A stretch of 64,000 nt of DNA, taken from positions 5,520,001 through 5,584,000 of the forward strand of contig NW_024704742.1 in assembly GCF_018977255.1 (NCBI RefSeq). The letters are read 5' to 3'. Under the pieces are notes generated by a model. The model worked only from the letters and a program-made list of their open reading frames with translations, was not told where the DNA came from and ran no database searches. Made by a program: the position numbers and the translations under genes. Shown here piece after piece: positions 51,563 through 64,000 of the stretch (positions are counted from its first letter, which is position 1; each line of letters opens with the position of its first letter). Origin of the DNA: Callorhinchus milii (lineage: Eukaryota).

Positions 51563-52304
51563 TTGTAGTTTTCGCATATGGATCAGAGCAGTTTCACTGA
51601 ATAACATCAGGTGTGAGTTGGTTAAAGTCAGAAGGTTGTTGGTTCAAGCCTCAAGTACAATGCTGGCATTGAGTTGCCGTCCTTTAGATAAGGTTGTAAA
51701 CTGTGATCTTCTTGTTCACCTGAAACGTACAGATCCCATGACATCTTTTCGATTTGCTTGAAACGTCCTTCAGAAAAATTGCTTCATTTTGTTTATTGGA
51801 TATAGTTTTGTACCTGATTAGCTAGCACATTTGAAATGCTTTGACTTTTAGTGTTCTAGGGACAATACCAAACGCAAGAAATACCATTTATAGTTATGTT
51901 GAAAGCCTCAAATTATACGCAGACTTAACCTGTAAAACTATTTTATCTGAAGATATAAGGTTATCCAGAAATTTGCAAATTTGTTTACTATTCTTAATTT
52001 GTTATCCGGGTCTTTTAAAGAGCTTCAAAAACCCAGTTGTAAATGGCGACTCAATTTAACAATTTTCCACAGTTCGGACATTATTTATACTGATAATTGT
52101 ATTTAAAAGTTCCCCACTGGTTTCTCCTGCCTTTTAATCCTGCTGCTGTGAAGGTTTGATAGATTGTCCCTGGAATTAAGGAAGAGATTAAAATAAATTT
52201 TAAAAGGTTATTAGAAAATGAAAGATGCTATTGAGGCTGAAATAATAACATACAACGGGGAACTGGATAAACATTTGAAGAAGCTGTACTAGGCATGCAT
52301 GCTG

Positions 52305-54105
52305 AACAACAACAACAAAATTACCTTTGTATAGCACCTTTCACGTCGGGAGGATGCGCCAAGGCTCTGGACAGTCAGAGTTTTAGACCCGAGCTGGGGG
52401 TCGGGGAAGGTGGTGGGCATAGGGTGAAGCAGGGTGATCGAAAGCATGGTCAAAGAGGAGGGTCTTGAGATAGGTTTTGAAGGAGGCAAGGGAAGGGGTG
52501 AGGCGGATGGTCTGCGGGATGGAGTTCCGGAGGGTAGGGGCAGACTGGCAGAAGGCCCACCTGCCACTGGTGGGGTTAGCGAGGCGGGGGATCTGAAGCA
52601 GGCCGGAGCCCGCTGAGCGGAGGTAGCGGGGAGGATGGTAGCGGGTTAGGAGCTCGCAGCGGTGGGGAGGGCAATACCACGGAGGGCTTTGAAGGTGAGG
52701 ACCAGGATCTTGAACTGTATTCTCTGTGTGATGAGAAGCCAGTGGAGTCTGGCGGGGTTGGGGATGATAGGGTCACGGAGCCCTAGTGAGTGAAAGGACA
52801 CGGGCTGCAGAGTTCTGGATGATCTGCAGCCTATGAAGGGAGGAGTTGGGAAGGCCGACAAGCAGGGCGTTTGCGTAGTCGAGCCTGGATGGGATGAAAG
52901 CGTGTATCAGGCTTTCTGCGGTGTGAGACAGTGGCGGAGCCGGGCGATGTTGCGGAGGTGGGGAAGGCAGAGCGAGACATGGCACGGATGTGGAGTAGAA
53001 AGGATAGTTGAGGGTTAAACAAGATGCCAAAGTTCTGGACCTGCTCAGTGAGGTGGAGTGTGCATCCGTGGGTGGTGATGCTGTCAGCGCCTGAGGTGTG
53101 GAGGCACTGACGGGAGCCACTCAGGAGGGCCTCGGTCTTGTTGACGTTCAACTGAAGAAAATTAGCTCTCATCCAGGACTTGATGTCTGACAGACATTCT
53201 GTCAAGACAGCAGTGGTCCTGGAGTCAATAGTGGAGGCAGAGAGGTACAGTTGGGTGACAGCCACATACATGTGGAAATTGATCCCATATCTGCGGATGA
53301 TGTCACCAAGAGAGAGCATATTGATATTGAAGGGTAGGGGACCAAGGACAGAGCCCCGAGGAACGCTGTACGAGACGGTGCGGGGGCTAGAGGAGAAACC
53401 ATTTGTGGAGATGAATTAGAGACGGTGTGAGAAGTATGATCTGATCCAGTCAAGGACAGAGCCGTGACGGTTGAGGTGAGAGGAGAGGCGGTGGATGAGA
53501 ATAGAGAGGTCGACGGTGTCGAAGGCAGCAGAAAGATCAAGGAGGACGAGGAGGCCGAGGGAGCCATGGTTGCAGATGGACAGAATGTCAATGTCACTTT
53601 GACCGGAGATGCTCCTGTGCTGTGGGCGGCTGAAGGCACGGTCGAAAAGAAGGGGTTTGAGTCCTGCCTTGAAGGGATTGTGGGATGGGACTTCCAGCGG
53701 GTGGGGGCAGAGAGGCTGAAAGCCCGGCCGCCGATGGTAGGGCAGGTCGCACGGCAGACATGGAGCAGGCGGGAGCTGAGCAGAGGGAGCGGACAGATTG
53801 ATAGGGGGACAGCAGATCAGAGATGTAGGAGGGTGCAAGTCCATGGAGGGCCTTGAAAGTGAGGATGAGGATTTTGAATTCTATCCTTTGAGGGATGGGG
53901 AGCCAGTGGAGCCGGGTGGGGTCAGGGAGCCTGACGTGGGAGAGGGCACGAGCTGCCGGGTTCTGGATGATCTGCAGCTTGTGGAGGGAAGAGTTGGGGA
54001 GGCTGATCGGGAGGGAGTTTCTGTAGTCGAGCCTCAAGGTGACAATTGCATGTATGAGGGTTTCGACAGCCTGAGGATGAGGCAGTGGTGGAGCACCAGG
54101 AAGGG
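52305..54105 (-). mobile_element. Two abutting L2 fragments (52305-53620 RT to 3' end; 53620-54105 second 3' segment)
   Basis: [38 protein letters not shown]; the C-terminal motif RLDY...HWLP occurs twice. Confidence 0.88.
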
Positions 54106-57100
54106 TGCAATATTACTTTTACAATGTGTATCTAATGGTGATTATGGTTATTATTTTAATCTACTTTGCCTGGATTTTCCAACAGAATATAAAAATCCTT
54201 GCAATTGTGATATGGTGCTTTGCACATTGGGTGGACGTCTCAAAGCGCTTTACAGGATTTTTTTTTACTGTAAAGTGTAGTGACTTACATTTAGTTTTGC
54301 TTCATTAAGCAAGACTGATAAACATTTGGAGGAAACTATTTTTTTTTTGGTAATTTCCATAGTTCGGCCGATAGTAAGATGTTAACATTCTGAAACTACA
54401 ATTCCAGATAAATGTCTGGTCACAATTGTCAACATGCTGAGTGTATATGTGCAAAACAACAAACATATATGCAGGAAGCGTGCCATTATGGGGAGGCGGA
54501 GAGAGAGAGAGACTAGGAAGGGAGGATGGATGCATGGGTGGAAGTCATGTGGAGTTATAAATACCAACACGGACGAGTTGGGCGCAATGACCTGTTTCAG
54601 TGCAGTAGATTCTATGTAATTATGTTCACCAAACTAACACTGTCCATATGCAGACTTTTGAGATATTTAGTTTTATCTGGACTAGACTCGTTTTAATACC
54701 CCAAATGATTGCTAATTGCAAAAAAATATATTTTAGCTTCCTCCGAATGTTCAGAGAGAGAATGTCACTGGGTACGTACACTTGAAATTAAATTATTGTA
54801 TTGAACGTATTCAATCGTCCCCATTCCCAGCTTTTTGTTTCATATTTTTGCTTTCAAATCCTGGTTTATTCGTGATATATTTTCAAGAGCCATTGTAACA
54901 AGTGCTCGGTCGTGGTACCTCTGAGTGCTGGATTGAGAAAGGTAGATCATTGAAATCACGTTGCTGTTGGAAAAACAGCCACAATGTTTACAGAGTAGGA
55001 TTTTTGTAATAATAATAATAACCGTTGCATTTGGTGTAGCACCTTTCACATTGGGAGGACAACCCAAAGTGCTTCACAGGATACATACTGTAAAGTGGAG
55101 CTACTATTTGCGGGCGAAAGTGGCAACCAAGTTGCACGCACACAGCCATAAATCGAGTGACAAATTTTATTGAGGGATTGTTGACCAGGACACCAAGAGA
55201 AACTCTGCTTTTCCAATCGCGTCATGCAAACTTTAATATCTACTTGCAAACAGTCAAGTCCTTGGTTTAATGAACAACAGCACCTGCAATAATGCAGGAC
55301 ATCCCCAGCGCTGAAAAATCAAATTGTGATGTTAGGATCTTCTCGATCTACTGGATGTGCCATCACCTTTCCAATTCTGAAAGTGTGCATTGTGTAGGCA
55401 TTCAAATCCTGAAGTTAAAGCTGTTTTTTTTTAAACCATCACTGGGCTGTGGTGGGTGGTGCCAGCTGCTGATCAGACATATTGGCAAAGAACTGGAAGT
55501 AATACTTTCCTGGCACTGACGAGAGCCTGAAGAAGCCCACAAGATCTGGAGAACTATTTCCAGCATTTCTGCCTTGCTTTTGCAAGCAGCAGCAGTCGGT
55601 CTTTTGTCGATGGAGTTTTTTTGGTGTTTAGTTTCCCACAGTCTTTTCATATGGATAGAAAGAACATCTGGTGCCATGGTGCTGACTCGTTCATCGAAAA
55701 CAAGAGAAAGCAGTAATATTGTTATCTATCCTGGGATACCTCCAGCCTGTAAAATGAGTACCTAGGTATTGAGCAAGAATAAATTCTGAATGTGGTTAGC
55801 CTTGGAAATTCTATCCTTTCAGACTACTCCGAGTCTCATTCTCACAGTGCAAATAAATAAAAATAATAATCCTTTTGTTTGATATCGCGCCTTATCACGT
55901 CGTTGAGGCGTCTCAAAGCGCTTCACTGAATATACTGTAAAGTGAATTCATTGTATATTTTATGGTTGAAACGCGGCAGCCAATTGCGCGTTATAATCTT
56001 GCATTTGATGAAGCGCCCCGAGATACTACCCCACATGAGGGTGACTATATAAATGCAAGTTGTTGTGGTATTGGTACCTATATAAACACCACCATCTCAA
56101 AGTTCTTCACAGGTAATTTCTGATACCGACTTTGTGTTGTATATAGATGTGACAGCCAATTTGTCTGCAGTAAGTCCAACATAGCAATATAATAATCCTT
56201 GAATTTGATATAGCACCTTATCACGTCGTCAAGGTGCCTCCAAGCGCGTCACAGAATCTTACTGTGAAGTGTGACATGTATTTGTCGACGAATGCGGCAG
56301 CTAATTCGTGCACAACAGTGCCCCACAAACAACTTGAAGTGAATGACCAATTTTATTCGGGGCATTGTTGACCAGGACACCAGGAGAAGCACGTTTCTCT
56401 TCTCGAATAGTGCCGTAGGATCTTTAACATTCACCTGATCAGGTAGTCTGGGCCTCGGTTTAACGTCTCAGCCAAATGATGGCACCTTGAACAATGCAGA
56501 ACCCTTCCAGCTCTGCACTCGCTTATCAGCCTCCCGATGTGGGCCTTGAAACCGCAATTGCTTCCAAATTTGATTTGAAACCACCGCCTTTGATCGACGG
56601 ACATCAGGCAGAGCGAATTGAAGGTTTATGTCTGACTTGACATTTTCTTAAAAAAGTGGTTAATAATTCCGATGCAGTGTTAATACTGTAGTTCTTTTTA
56701 AGAGTTTCTATTCTAATAAAATAGTGCTGTTTTGAAACCTGTTTGGTTGTGCCATTCATTGTACAGAACGTATTTCCTGCACATGGGGTGCAGTTCTGTG
56801 CAATACTATATATGGAAAGAATGGGCAACCATAGCCCATTCAACATGGTACAGAAACCCTTGCCTTAGTGTCCCCAGCCAGTTCAGTACTTGTGTATTTG
56901 TTTTGTGTAAGTCATATAAAACCTGAACTATACATAACTACATAAGTCGTATATGTTACTACTTCATATTAAGTGTATGGTTCCAACTGATACGACTTGA
57001 GGTTTAGTGTATTTGAAAAGAGAAGGGTGTCCTCGCCAGCAATCGACAGATGATGACATTTGTCATTCACTTCTTGCTGTTTGTCTGACTTGGTGCAAAT

Positions 57101-57909
57101 TTGCTACCACATTTTATAGTAAATCCTGTGAAATCGGTTGTGATGTTTTAATGGCATGATAATAATAATCCTTGCATTTGATAAAGCGCCTTTCATGTCG
57201 AGAGATACTAGATCAAATAAATACTATCTATATATCAATAAAGCACAATGTCTAATGTTTAGCAGTGTTATGGAATGGTCTTGGAATGCTTATTTTTTAA
57301 AAAAAAGTTACTTTGGGTGTGGATAAATGCTTTAAAACCACTTTACTTGTATTAACGGTGAAATTTTGAGCTGTTGGTAAGACTTTTAGACTCATAATGC
57401 CTTGTTTCATTTAAGCCTCTACTTTTTCCCTTCTGACGCTGCAGCTTGACTCAGTTGATAATCCCTGGTTTAAGATGGAAGTCGGGATCTTGAGCTCATT
57501 GTGTACGCCGACACCTTGTTTAGTATTGCATTGTTGGAGTTGTTGTCTTTTACATCAGATGTTAAACCAAATAGGTAAAGACTCAATGGCATTTTTCAAA
57601 AAGGAAGGGAATTTCACTCCCATTTCCTTGCCAACATTCAGAATAATTGGCCATTCACCTCATGATTGTGTGTGGGACCTTGCTGTGTGTAAACTCGCTG
57701 CACTTTTTGCTCACAAAAACAACTACACTTGACATAAAGCAATAAACTTCGCTTACTGTAAAGCATGTTGATATTATGATAATCTAAAAATGTCAGTCCT
57801 TCTATTGGCAGACAGGGAGGTTAACCCCATCAGGAAATGTTTAAACCTTTCAAAAGCATTTCTATTAGAAATGAATCAATAAGACTGTCACCTAGCTTAT
57901 TCATTTTTT

Positions 57910-58175
57910 ACCAAGTAGTAAGTAGGAACCCGGTTGTTAGTTGATTGGCAGATCGCTTTCCAGGGCGTAATATAATCCCTTCAAAAAAACAATTCAAAAA
58001 AATAATGTTTGGTCACTCAATTCACGACTGTTTGTGGGACACTGCTATACCCAATTGGCTGCTGTGTTTCACTCACAAAATATAGTCCATTCACTCTACA
58101 GTATATTTCTGTGAAGTGCTTTGAGATGTCTTGAGGACGTGATAAAGTGCTGTATCAAATGCAAGGATTATTATT
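57910..58175 (+). mobile_element. tRNA-SINE family A, 5'-truncated
   Basis: Homology to the 10052 copy. Confidence 0.85.
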
Positions 58176-60464
58176 AATATCTAAAGCATTCAAAAAGGAA
58201 ATGCCTGGAGGGGGAAGAGGGATTTGTACTGGCATCAAGGTAGGGAAGAGGTGAAATTGTTCTTGAGTGCTATAATTAGACCTCAATGATGGGATCAGGC
58301 AGGTGGGTTGCTCCTTGTTGGAGAAGTTAAGTGGGTTTTCCATGGAATTGAACTGGTTCCCAGGCGACATGTTTGGCTGTGTGACGTGTTGACCTCTGTG
58401 GCGGTCTCGATAGTCCAGTTCCTGAGCGGCAGGTCCGCAGTGCTCCAGGGCACTGCAGATGAAAGCCCAGCCAACCTGGCTCATCAGTTGGATTTGAAGG
58501 GACAGATCAGTAACTCGGGGCAAGGATACTTTTTCCTAACTTTCATGCTTCAACAGTAAAACCTGCGTAAATCATATTTTTATAAATAATATAATCACAT
58601 CATTTGTATATATATATATATATATATATATGCACCTGAGTCCCATTCAGTTGCCTACCAAAAATCACTTGGATTTCTTTGCATTAGTTGTATTTTATAA
58701 ATCGGATAAACGGTTAAATTGTAACTTTTTTTGGTCCCAAATCATCTCCTAACTCGTAACGTCACTACACTTACTGGAAGAATTGAATCGCAAGAAATTA
58801 CATTTTGACCTGAATTTACTGCCTGCATTGAAGTACGCATGAGGAGTGTAGATTGTTGATTAAGTTGTGTATTATACAACTTATGCAAGTTTTCCTGTAA
58901 CTCTTACTTTATGTAAATTGTATTAAATGTTACGATCCTGTCTGATACAACTTAAGGAAGTTTTACTGTACTTTATTTTCATGGATTTCCGACTTGCTGC
59001 TAGGTAAACAGAGGCATGTGGAGTAAGGAAACTTGCCTAACGTTTTGCCTTGCTGGGAATATCCTGTGAAGGGCTTTGAGATGCCTCAACGATGTGATAA
59101 GGATTATTATCATCTTTAACTGATTGTTACACAGCTCTATCTTATCACCCCTCAGCTTAACTAACCACTTTATCCATTCCTCATAAATTTATCTAGTATT
59201 ATCCTTATCAATCTATACTTTGTCTTTTCTCTGATATTCTCTAATAATGCTGCGCCCCAAACTACACAATATTTTAACTGCCGCCTAACAGTACCCCCTG
59301 CAGATTTTCACTTGAGCTGAGAGGATGGGCTGAGTTGATGGAGGTCTTCCAAGATTAAGGGTTTTGATAGGATGAACAGTAATAGACTTGTCGACCAGTG
59401 GAAATAATCCATCGAAAGGCCACAAATTTGAGAGGAGAAACTAATTAAAGGGGACAATAGAAAAAAAATATTTATATTGTGGGGAAGGGGCCTGGAATGC
59501 CCACACTGGATCCATAATTATTTGAATGGCACTTAGAAGCTTTAAAAAGAGGAATATTAAAGGGTTTGATGAGGAGAGTGCTGCTTTGCTTCACATATGA
59601 CTAGATACGAGGGGAGGAATGAATCTGGCATGTAGATATGGTTCACAGTAAAACTATATCATAAAATCAGTTTTATTTAAGCATGTAGGATGTCCCAATT
59701 AAGCACATTGGGAAGTTATTCTTGATTTCTGTTGAAACAGCTGGAAAATTCCCAATTCGCAGTTTTACAAAATATTTGCAGATCGTCAGTTTCGGCCATT
59801 AATGATTACACAGCAATTGTGTATTGCAGCAGTATAAAAGTGCAGTACAATTTGGCTATTAAGATTGAACCCACTTTCTCTTTCATTGAACATCACTTCA
59901 GAATGGTATCCTCAAGAGAAACACCAATCAATTTAGGAATATTGTGATGTTTAGCTACTCCTCATTTCACAACTTTGGTGTGATCCACATTTCATTTCTT
60001 TTTTTTCCCTCTCGTCGGCAGTTGTACCAACATCACCATACTTCTTTGTATGGTTTGGTTCGAAGAAGTTCAAAGTTTAACCACAACATTTTATTAAACA
60101 TTATAATTAATGTGATGTTTATTCATAAATAGTTAGTCCGATAATTCCTTCAATTGTCCAGGTGTTTGGACATTAAGATTACTGTCAAAGCTAATAAAGG
60201 GAAAACCAAATGGGAATGCACACAACCATTTTGGGTTAATTTAACACTGATTGGATCAGTTCCAATTAACAAGAACTTGCAGAAGCAAATTTTCTATTTG
60301 TTAGTTCTGCATTCCCTCCTCCAGGAGTACACACCCTGCTGATTGGAGAATGCAGGAAATGTTGAAAGAAGCCAAGGTATCAAAAGAAATCTATGGGTGT
60401 GTTTCTTTCCTCTCGACTCTTGTTAATCCTACATGTCAATGCCCTAATGAATAGTATTTTTAAT

Positions 60465-61476
60465 AATAATACAACAAAATTAAATTTGTAAAGCGCCTTT
60501 ACGCTGAGGTGGAGTGTGCATCCCTGGATGCTGATGCTGCCAGTGCCTGAGGTGCGGAGGCGCTGACGCGAACCAATCAGGAAGGCCTCGGCCTTGCTGA
60601 CATTCAACTCAGAAAGTTGTCTCTCATCCAGGACTTGATGTCTGACAGAGCCCCGAGGAACACCACACAGACTGTGGGAGCTGGAAGAGAAACTATTGGA
60701 GGAAACAAATTGGAGATAGGGTGAGAGATAAGACCTGAACCATTCAAGGACAGAACTTTGAAGGTTGAGGTGAGATGAGAAGCGGTGGAGGAGGATGGAG
60801 TGCTCTACGGTATCGAAGGCAGCAGAGAGATCGAGAAGAATGAGGAGGCAGAGCCCTGGTTACAGATGGACAGGATGTCATTTGTCACCTTGACCAGATC
60901 AGTTTCCGTGCTGTGAGCAGGGATCTGGGAAACAACGACTTTAAAGGATCTTGGAAAGAAAAGGGAGTTTGGAGATGGGCCAGTAGTTAGAAAGCAGGGA
61001 TGAGTCCAGAGAAGGATTTTTCAGCATGATTATAGCTGTTTTGGGGGGGGGGGGGGGGGGGATGGGAACCGTGCCAGATGATAGGGAGAGGGTGATGGTG
61101 TCTGAGAGTAGAGGGATGAGGAGGTGGAGCTCGGAGGTAAGGAGAGGGGCAGGGATGGGGTCAAGGGAGTAGGCGGTGTGTTTCATGTTGGATTTGACCT
61201 CTGAGGTCTGGGTCCGGCGGGGCTTGCGGGGGGAATGGGGCAGTCACTGTGGCTGCTGCTGGACATTCAAAGCCGAGTGCCACGGTGAGCTCGGCGGAGG
61301 ATTCCCAGGCTAGAGCAGAGGGAGGCTGTGGGACGTTCAAGTGTGGATAGGAGGCGAGGAGGATGGAGAGAGAGGAAAGAGGACAGAGCAGGAGTGTTGC
61401 AGGGATGGGGGCATTTTGTGGAAAAGACGGGTCAGGAGCGTCAGCCAAGACACAGGCGTCGAGACTTGAGGCAGGC
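60465..61476 (-). mobile_element. Internally deleted L2
   Basis: SLDPIPAPLL...SNYWPISKLPFLSKIL pre-RT motifs, with an RT fragment joined to the tail. Confidence 0.82.
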
Positions 61477-61815
61477 AATAATCCTTGAGTTTGATATAGC
61501 GCCTTATCAAGTCTTTGAGACATCTCAAAGCTCTTCACTAAAAAATACACTGTAAAGTGAATTGACTGTATATTTTGTGGGTGAAATGTGGCAGCCACTT
61601 GCACACAGCAGTGTCCACAAACGGTCATGGATTGAGTGACAAAATTTAAAAGAAAGTATATATTTTTAAAGGAATTACTACCCCCGGAAAAGCGATCCTC
61701 CAATCGGCTAACAACCGGAGTAAGGAAACTTGTCCAACACTTTGTCCTGCTGGGAATTGAACCCATATCTCTCGCTTGCGAGCGAGTGCTCTAATCACTG
61801 AGCTACAGGACTCCA
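61477..61815 (-). mobile_element. tRNA-SINE family A, near full length
   Basis: Reverse-complement homology, head at 61815. Confidence 0.88.
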
Positions 61816-62219
61816 GGTGAACAATGCTCACAATGTGTATGGGTATGTGTTTTTATCTGGTTAAAAGCTCTGTTTAACTCTCTGACATCCTCTTTAGCTT
61901 TTTCTATGTTTAATCCATTTCAGATGACGCCTTCCTTAATTTCTACCTCATCTGTTTCCCTCTCCTTGGCACATTAATTTAAATCCTTCCCCCACAGCAT
62001 AATTAATTTTCCCAGCAAGGAGATTGGTCCCAACCCCGCTTTGATGTAGTATGTCCATCATGTACAGATCACACCTGTCCCAGAACTGGTCCTTATGTCC
62101 CAAGGTGCGGAATCCTTTCCTCTTACATCATCATTCAGCCATGCATTTACGTGGTATATCTTTGTGTTACTATGCTGAATATATGGAGTAATCCTGAGAT
62201 AACAACTCTTGATATCCTT

Positions 62220-62720
62220 CACAAGATTGGTCTGGATGAAGAAGGCCCTTCAGACTAATCTGTCTCAGCCATCTACCCTACAGTCCTGCCATCACTGCAT
62301 CAAGCCGCTTTTTAAATGAGTAATGTACTGGTCGCTATCCTCTTCCTGACAACCTGTTCCAGTCATTGGTTGCTCTCTGCATAGAAAAAAACTTTCTGGT
62401 ATCTGTCCAGAAATTACCCTTTTCAACTCTAAATTTAGGTTCTCTTGTTCTTCTGACAATATACATCCTCAAATATTGATCTGGGTTTACATTTTCAATC
62501 CCATTAAATCTTGGACACTTCTATGAGGTCCCTCTGATTCATCTCTCAAGACCAAAGACACTGGATTTTCTAATTGTTTTTCAGAGGTTATTTCAAGGTA
62601 CAGTCTGACAAGAGCAATGTACAGTATGACATCTAGGGATCTTAGATCAACTGATTTAGCAATATAGCCCAAGATCCTGTTTGCCTACACTCCTAGGTCT
62701 CTGTCAGATTCCCAATTGGC
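62220..62720 (-). mobile_element. CR1 LINE 3' fragment
   Basis: GYIAKSV...LYIALVRLYLE motif; tail similar to the 20850 copy. Confidence 0.75.
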
Positions 62721-62767
62721 AAATTCAGTCCAATTTGTATTATATTTTAGAGCTTACTTAATATTTA

Positions 62768-63084
62768 TGTGGAGTCCTGTAGCTCAGTGGTTAGAGCACT
62801 CGCCTTGCAAGCGAGACACCTGGGTTCAATTCCAGGCAGAGGGCGAAACCTTGGGCAAGTTTCCTTACTCCACACAGAGCCTAATAAAAATCCCTCCAAA
62901 AAAACAATATTAAATTGGTCATTTTCAATCCATGATTGTTTGTGGGACATTGCTGTGCACAATTGGCTGCCGCGTTTCGCCCACAAATATACGGTCAATT
63001 CACTTTACAGTATATTCTGTGAAGCGCTTTGAGACGTCTAGAAGACATGAAAAGCGCTATATCAAATGCAAGGATTATTATTAT
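62768..63084 (+). mobile_element. Full-length tRNA-SINE with subfamily B body and family A tail loop
   Basis: Has the B internal deletion and CAGAGCCTAATA junction but a GAGACGTCTAGAAGAC loop. Confidence 0.9.
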
Positions 63085-63199
63085 GGTTAATTTTAACTAA
63101 ATGACCAAGTGCATCTCTTTGAGAACTTTTTTTTAAGATTCAGTAACTCTCAGGCTAGTTTTGTCAGTTTTATGCACCCTTCTTCCGCCATCCTGAAGC

Positions 63200-63500
63200 T
63201 TCGTGGTTAGAGCATTCACCTCGCAAGTGAGAGGATCTGGGTTTGATTCCCGGTGGAGTGAAATGTTAGGCACGTTTCCTTGCTCTATATGCCAGATCGC
63301 TTTTCAGGGGGTGGTAATCCCTTTAAAGAAATAAAATAATAATTTGGTTACTCAATCCACGACTGTTTGTCAGACACTACGGTGCGCATTGGCTGCTGGG
63401 TTTTGCCCACAAAATATACAGTCAATTCACTTTACAGTACATTCTGTGAAGAGCTTTCAGAAGACGTGAGAGACGCTATATCAAATGCAAGGATTATTAT
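63200..63500 (+). mobile_element. tRNA-SINE family A, degenerate
   Basis: Homology to the 10052 copy. Confidence 0.8.
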
Positions 63501-64000
63501 TCATGGCATACTTGTGTTTACCATTAATGGATTATTGGAGTCTTATTTGTCAAAAATAAAGGTAGAAATACAGTATTTGTGTTTCAATGATCTGTTTGTC
63601 GTATCAACATCTGGGTGCTTTCGTGAAACAAGGATCTGTTCAGGATGCTATCTTTTGCATTGCTACACAAAGAATAAACAACAAACGAAGAATATCTGCC
63701 TTCTGAAAGAAAAGTTCTCGATCCAAATTCCATTAAAGACACAAGAAATTCCAAGCAGCCCCGAGTCTTGTTTATCACCACAATGTGCAGACTGCAATGT
63801 TGTGCAAAAGAGTCAAGATCCATCTTGAGAGGTGAGATCTTAAGAAGTGGTGTTAGGTAGAGGGATAATACCTAAGTTTAAGCATAGCAGCACAAACTGA
63901 AACTGTCTGGTATGAAATGTGCATTCACTCTCTGGAGGGATGCATGCACTTATAATAATGAAAATAATCCTTGTATTTGATATAGCATCTTATCGCATCG

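Noticed and set aside
51608..51640. CAG|GTGTGAGTTGG as KCMF1 exon 2 (GVS...)
   Set aside because: Continues WLKSEG rather than CDACLKG; it is a degenerate SINE head. Exon 2 probably lies beyond the window.

Overview
Eukaryotic, vertebrate genomic DNA. The SINE/L2/CR1 repeat content suggests a cartilaginous fish, possibly a holocephalan such as elephant shark; this is inferred, not verified. I can support two protein-coding genes, both on + and both missed by the ORF track because they are spliced. (1) A complete three-exon beta-thymosin gene: CDS 2295-2394 + 2539-2570, 43 aa, [43 protein letters not shown]. Its promoter has a CArG box, a GC-box array and a TATA-like element. (2) The first coding exon of KCMF1 (44191-44206, MSRHE/G) in a CpG island, followed by about 20 kb of intron 1. 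This order and orientation matches human TMSB10-KCMF1, so the thymosin is probably the TMSB10 orthologue, with an unusually divergent actin-binding motif. The rest is mostly retroposon debris (tRNA-derived SINEs, Deu-domain SINEs, L2 and CR1 fragments, Penelope-like remnants), a 30-bp minisatellite and long CA/TG tracts clustered at both promoters. The most striking unannotated signal is that SINE fossils beside both CpG islands have diverged almost only AT->GC, while distal copies show CpG decay. This suggests strong promoter-centred GC-biased gene conversion. The long ORFs in the track are low-complexity or LINE artefacts. Repeat boundaries are approximate.
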